Of a stretch of 64,000 nt of DNA, positions 61,308 to 64,000 are shown piece by piece. Numbering within the stretch: the stretch's first letter is position 1; every line of letters begins with the position of its first letter. Where the stretch lies: contig CAVWHO010000020.1 of assembly GCA_963754875.1 (NCBI GenBank), forward strand, positions 256,001 to 320,000. The letters are read 5' to 3'. The position numbers and the translations under genes were made by a program. Source of the stretch: Nitrospirota bacterium (lineage in GTDB: Bacteria > Nitrospirota > UBA9217). Under the pieces are notes generated by a model. The model did not search any database. It was not told where the DNA came from and saw nothing but the letters and a program-made list of their open reading frames with translations.

Positions 61308-64000
61308 GGGAAACGCCAAAAGCGAAAATTCCCGTCTCCACCTACCGGCTCCAGTTCAACCGTACATTCACGTTCCGCGGCGCAACCCGCATCATCGGCT
61401 ACCTGTACGATCTCGGCATCACGGACATCTACGCATCGCCTTATTTTGCGGCAAAACCCGGGAGCCTGCACGGCTATGATATTGTGGACCACACGAGGCT
61501 GAACCCCGAGATCGGAACCGAAGAAGAGTATTACGCTATGATCACCGAGCTTAAAAATCACGACATGGGCCAGCTCCTCGACATCGTGCCGAACCACATG
61601 TGCGTCGAGAGTCCGGAGAACCGGTGGTGGATGGATGTGCTCGAAAACGGGCAGAGTTCTCCCTATGCCCGGTATTTTGACATCGACTGGGCCCCGGTCA
61701 AGAAGGAGCTCAAGGACAAGATCCTGATCCCGGTCCTGGGCAGCCAGTACGGCAACGTCCTCGAAGGTCAGGAGCTGGCGCTCGTGTTCGAGGACGGCGC
61801 CTTCTTCGTGCGCTACGACGATCACCTCTTTCCCCTGCGGCCTCATTCCTACGCCCTCGTCATGGAGCACCGCCTGGATGAGCTGCAGGAACGGCTCTCC
61901 CCCGGCCACCCGGACCTTGCCGAATACCTGAGCATCATCACGGCCCTGGGGCATTTGCCCCGCTACACCGAGTCCGATCCCGATCGCATCGGTGAACGGC
62001 TCCGGGAAAAGGAAGTAATCAAGCGGCGGCTCCTGGCGCTCATGGACCGGTCCGTCGAGGTACGAAAGCACCTCGACGGGAACATGCACCTCTTCAACGG
62101 GACCAAAGGGGACCCCCGGAGCTTCGATCTCCTCGATGAACTATTGAATCAGCAGATCTATCGACTCTCGCACTGGCGGGTCGCCACCGAGGAGATCAAC
62201 TACCGGAGGTTCTTCGACATTAACGGCCTGGGGGCCATCCGCATGGAACATTATGAGGTCTTTCAGGCAGCCCACCGGCTCATCTTCAGGCTGATCGGCG
62301 ACGACAGCGTGACCGGACTCAGGATCGACCATCCCGACGGGCTCTTCAATCCCGTGGAATATTTCCACCGGCTCCAGCGGGCCTGTTTCATCCGGCAGAT
62401 GATTGGCCCCGCCGGCATAACGCCGGAATCGGAGCACGAACTCGCTGAACGATACGACGATGCGGTCCTTGCCGATCCTGCCTACCGGCCCTTCTACATC
62501 GTCGGCGAGAAGATCCTCACCAAGAGCGAACGCATGCCCGACGACTGGCCCATTTTCAGCACCACGGGCTACGTATTCCTCAATTCGGTGAATGGTATCT
62601 TCATCGACAGCGGGAGCGCAAAGGTATTTGACCGGATCTTTGAGAAATTCATTGGAAAGAAAATGAATGTTCCCGAAGTGATCTACGAGAAAAAGAAACT
62701 CGTCATGCAGGTGGCCATGGCGAGCGAAGTAAACACCCTGGGGCATTACTTGAATGACCTCGCGGAGAAGAACCGCCATACGAGGGACTTCACGCTGAAC
62801 AGTCTGCGGAGCGCCATTACGGAGGTGATCGCCTGCTTTCCGGTCTACCGCACGTACACCAACACGTGGATTGTCGCGGACCGGGACCGCCAGGTGGTCG
62901 AACTGGCAATCTCGCGGGCCAAGCGGAAAAATCCGGCCCTCAGCGAATCGATCTTCGATTTTCTGAAGGACGTCCTGCTGCTCCGCTTTCCGGGCGAGGA
63001 GAAAGACGAAGACAAGGCCGCGTGGCTCGATTTCGTGATGCGGTTCCAGCAGATAACCGGGCCGGTCATGGCCAAGGGCGTCGAGGACACGGCCTTCTAT
63101 GTTTACAATCGGTTCGTGTCTCTCAACGAGGTGGGCGGCATGCCGGAGCGGTTCGGCACGCCGCTCGAAACCTTTCACGGACAGAACATCGAGCGCGAAA
63201 AAAACTGGCCTCATGCCCTCATTACGACTGCCACCCACGATTCGAAACGGGGCGAGGATACGCGGCAGAGGATCAACGTGCTTTCCGAGATGCCGCGAGA
63301 GTGGGCGGAACGCGTCAGGGCCTGGGCGCGGCTCAACAAAAAGAAAAAAAACGTTATCGACGGCGTTGAAGCGCCGGACCGGAACGAAGAGTATCTCCTC
63401 TACCAGACGCTCATCGGCGCCTGGCCGGCGGAACCGATGGACGAGCAGGGCCGCGACGCATTCATCGGGCGGATCAGGGACTATATGCTCAAGGCTTCCC
63501 GCGAGGCAAAGGTGAACACGAGTTGGATCAGTCCGAACGGGAAATACGAGGAGGTCCTCGCTGCGTTCGTCAGCTCCATTCTGAGGCCGGCTCGCGGGAA
63601 CCGTTTCCTGGGCGACTTTCTGCCGTTCCAGCAGATGGTCTCCCACTACGGCATGTACAACTCCCTGTCCCAGACGCTGCTCAAGATCTGCGCTCCCGGC
63701 GTCCCTGATTTTTACCAGGGCACGGAGCTGTGGGACTTCAGTCTCGTGGACCCCGACAACCGCAGACCCGTGGATTTTGAACGACGAATCAACCACCTGA
63801 AGGACCTGAAACGGAAAGAAACGGAGATGACGGAAGCCGCACTTGCGTGGGAGTTGACGCAAAATATGGTTGATGGACGGATCAAGTTGTTCGTTCTTCA
63901 AAAAGCGCTTTCGCATCGGCGGGCCAACTTCGAGCTCTACGGCCAGGGAGAATACCTGCCTTTGGCAAGCAGGGGACCTAAATCCGGAAATGTCTGCGCA
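61304..64000 (+). CDS. treY: Malto-oligosyltrehalose synthase (3' partial)
   Basis: Own translation from ATG 61304: STYRLQF, SLHGYDIVDH, DIVPNHM, NYRRFFDI, RIDHPDGL, THDSKRGED, GVPDFYQG. No stop seen before the window end. Confidence 0.95.
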   Translation, partial: MRETPKAKIPVSTYRLQFNRTFTFRGATRIIGYLYDLGITDIYASPYFAAKPGSLHGYDIVDHTRLNPEIGTEEEYYAMITELKNHDMGQLLDIVPNHMCVESPENRWWMDVLENGQSSPYARYFDIDWAPVKKELKDKILIPVLGSQYGNVLEGQELALVFEDGAFFVRYDDHLFPLRPHSYALVMEHRLDELQERLSPGHPDLAEYLSIITALGHLPRYTESDPDRIGERLREKEVIKRRLLALMDRSVEVRKHLDGNMHLFNGTKGDPRSFDLLDELLNQQIYRLSHWRVATEEINYRRFFDINGLGAIRMEHYEVFQAAHRLIFRLIGDDSVTGLRIDHPDGLFNPVEYFHRLQRACFIRQMIGPAGITPESEHELAERYDDAVLADPAYRPFYIVGEKILTKSERMPDDWPIFSTTGYVFLNSVNGIFIDSGSAKVFDRIFEKFIGKKMNVPEVIYEKKKLVMQVAMASEVNTLGHYLNDLAEKNRHTRDFTLNSLRSAITEVIACFPVYRTYTNTWIVADRDRQVVELAISRAKRKNPALSESIFDFLKDVLLLRFPGEEKDEDKAAWLDFVMRFQQITGPVMAKGVEDTAFYVYNRFVSLNEVGGMPERFGTPLETFHGQNIEREKNWPHALITTATHDSKRGEDTRQRINVLSEMPREWAERVRAWARLNKKKKNVIDGVEAPDRNEEYLLYQTLIGAWPAEPMDEQGRDAFIGRIRDYMLKASREAKVNTSWISPNGKYEEVLAAFVSSILRPARGNRFLGDFLPFQQMVSHYGMYNSLSQTLLKICAPGVPDFYQGTELWDFSLVDPDNRRPVDFERRINHLKDLKRKETEMTEAALAWELTQNMVDGRIKLFVLQKALSHRRANFELYGQGEYLPLASRGPKSGNVCA

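Overview
A 64-kb chromosomal segment from an anaerobic Gram-negative bacterium, made up mostly of core genes. The gene style suggests Nitrospirota or a Deltaproteobacteria-like lineage (inference only). In order it carries: a PAS hybrid histidine kinase, a TPR-SLT lytic transglycosylase, a PAS-GGDEF cyclase, an ABC-2 exporter, glk, PAP2, ilvA, cheD, ChaN, chrA and cooT; a minus-strand yceD-rpmF-plsX-fabH-[acyl-CoA dehydrogenase-etfB-etfA]-fabD-fabG-acpP-fabF-rnc-radical SAM operon; bioA, degQ, a PIN/TRAM gene, yebC-ruvCAB-queH-spoIID, xerD and a CBS/CCA-type nucleotidyltransferase; an RRM-rpsU small-protein locus, a DsrC-like gene, MarR with a beta-lactamase-like gene, pal, CLC, MscS and MltD; and a DUF5752-treT-treZ-treY trehalose cluster that runs off the end. 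Main candidates for novelty: (1) a CarCDE-like, probably electron-bifurcating acyl-CoA dehydrogenase/EtfAB module inside the fatty-acid synthesis operon, which has no fabI/K/L/V; (2) a Cys-containing WAAPP leader peptide whose stop codon lies in a terminator loop upstream of the Ni-chaperone gene cooT; (3) two adjacent MITE-like elements with target-site duplications. Many single-base frameshifts in essential genes look like assembly errors. No tRNA, rRNA, CRISPR array or transposase was seen.
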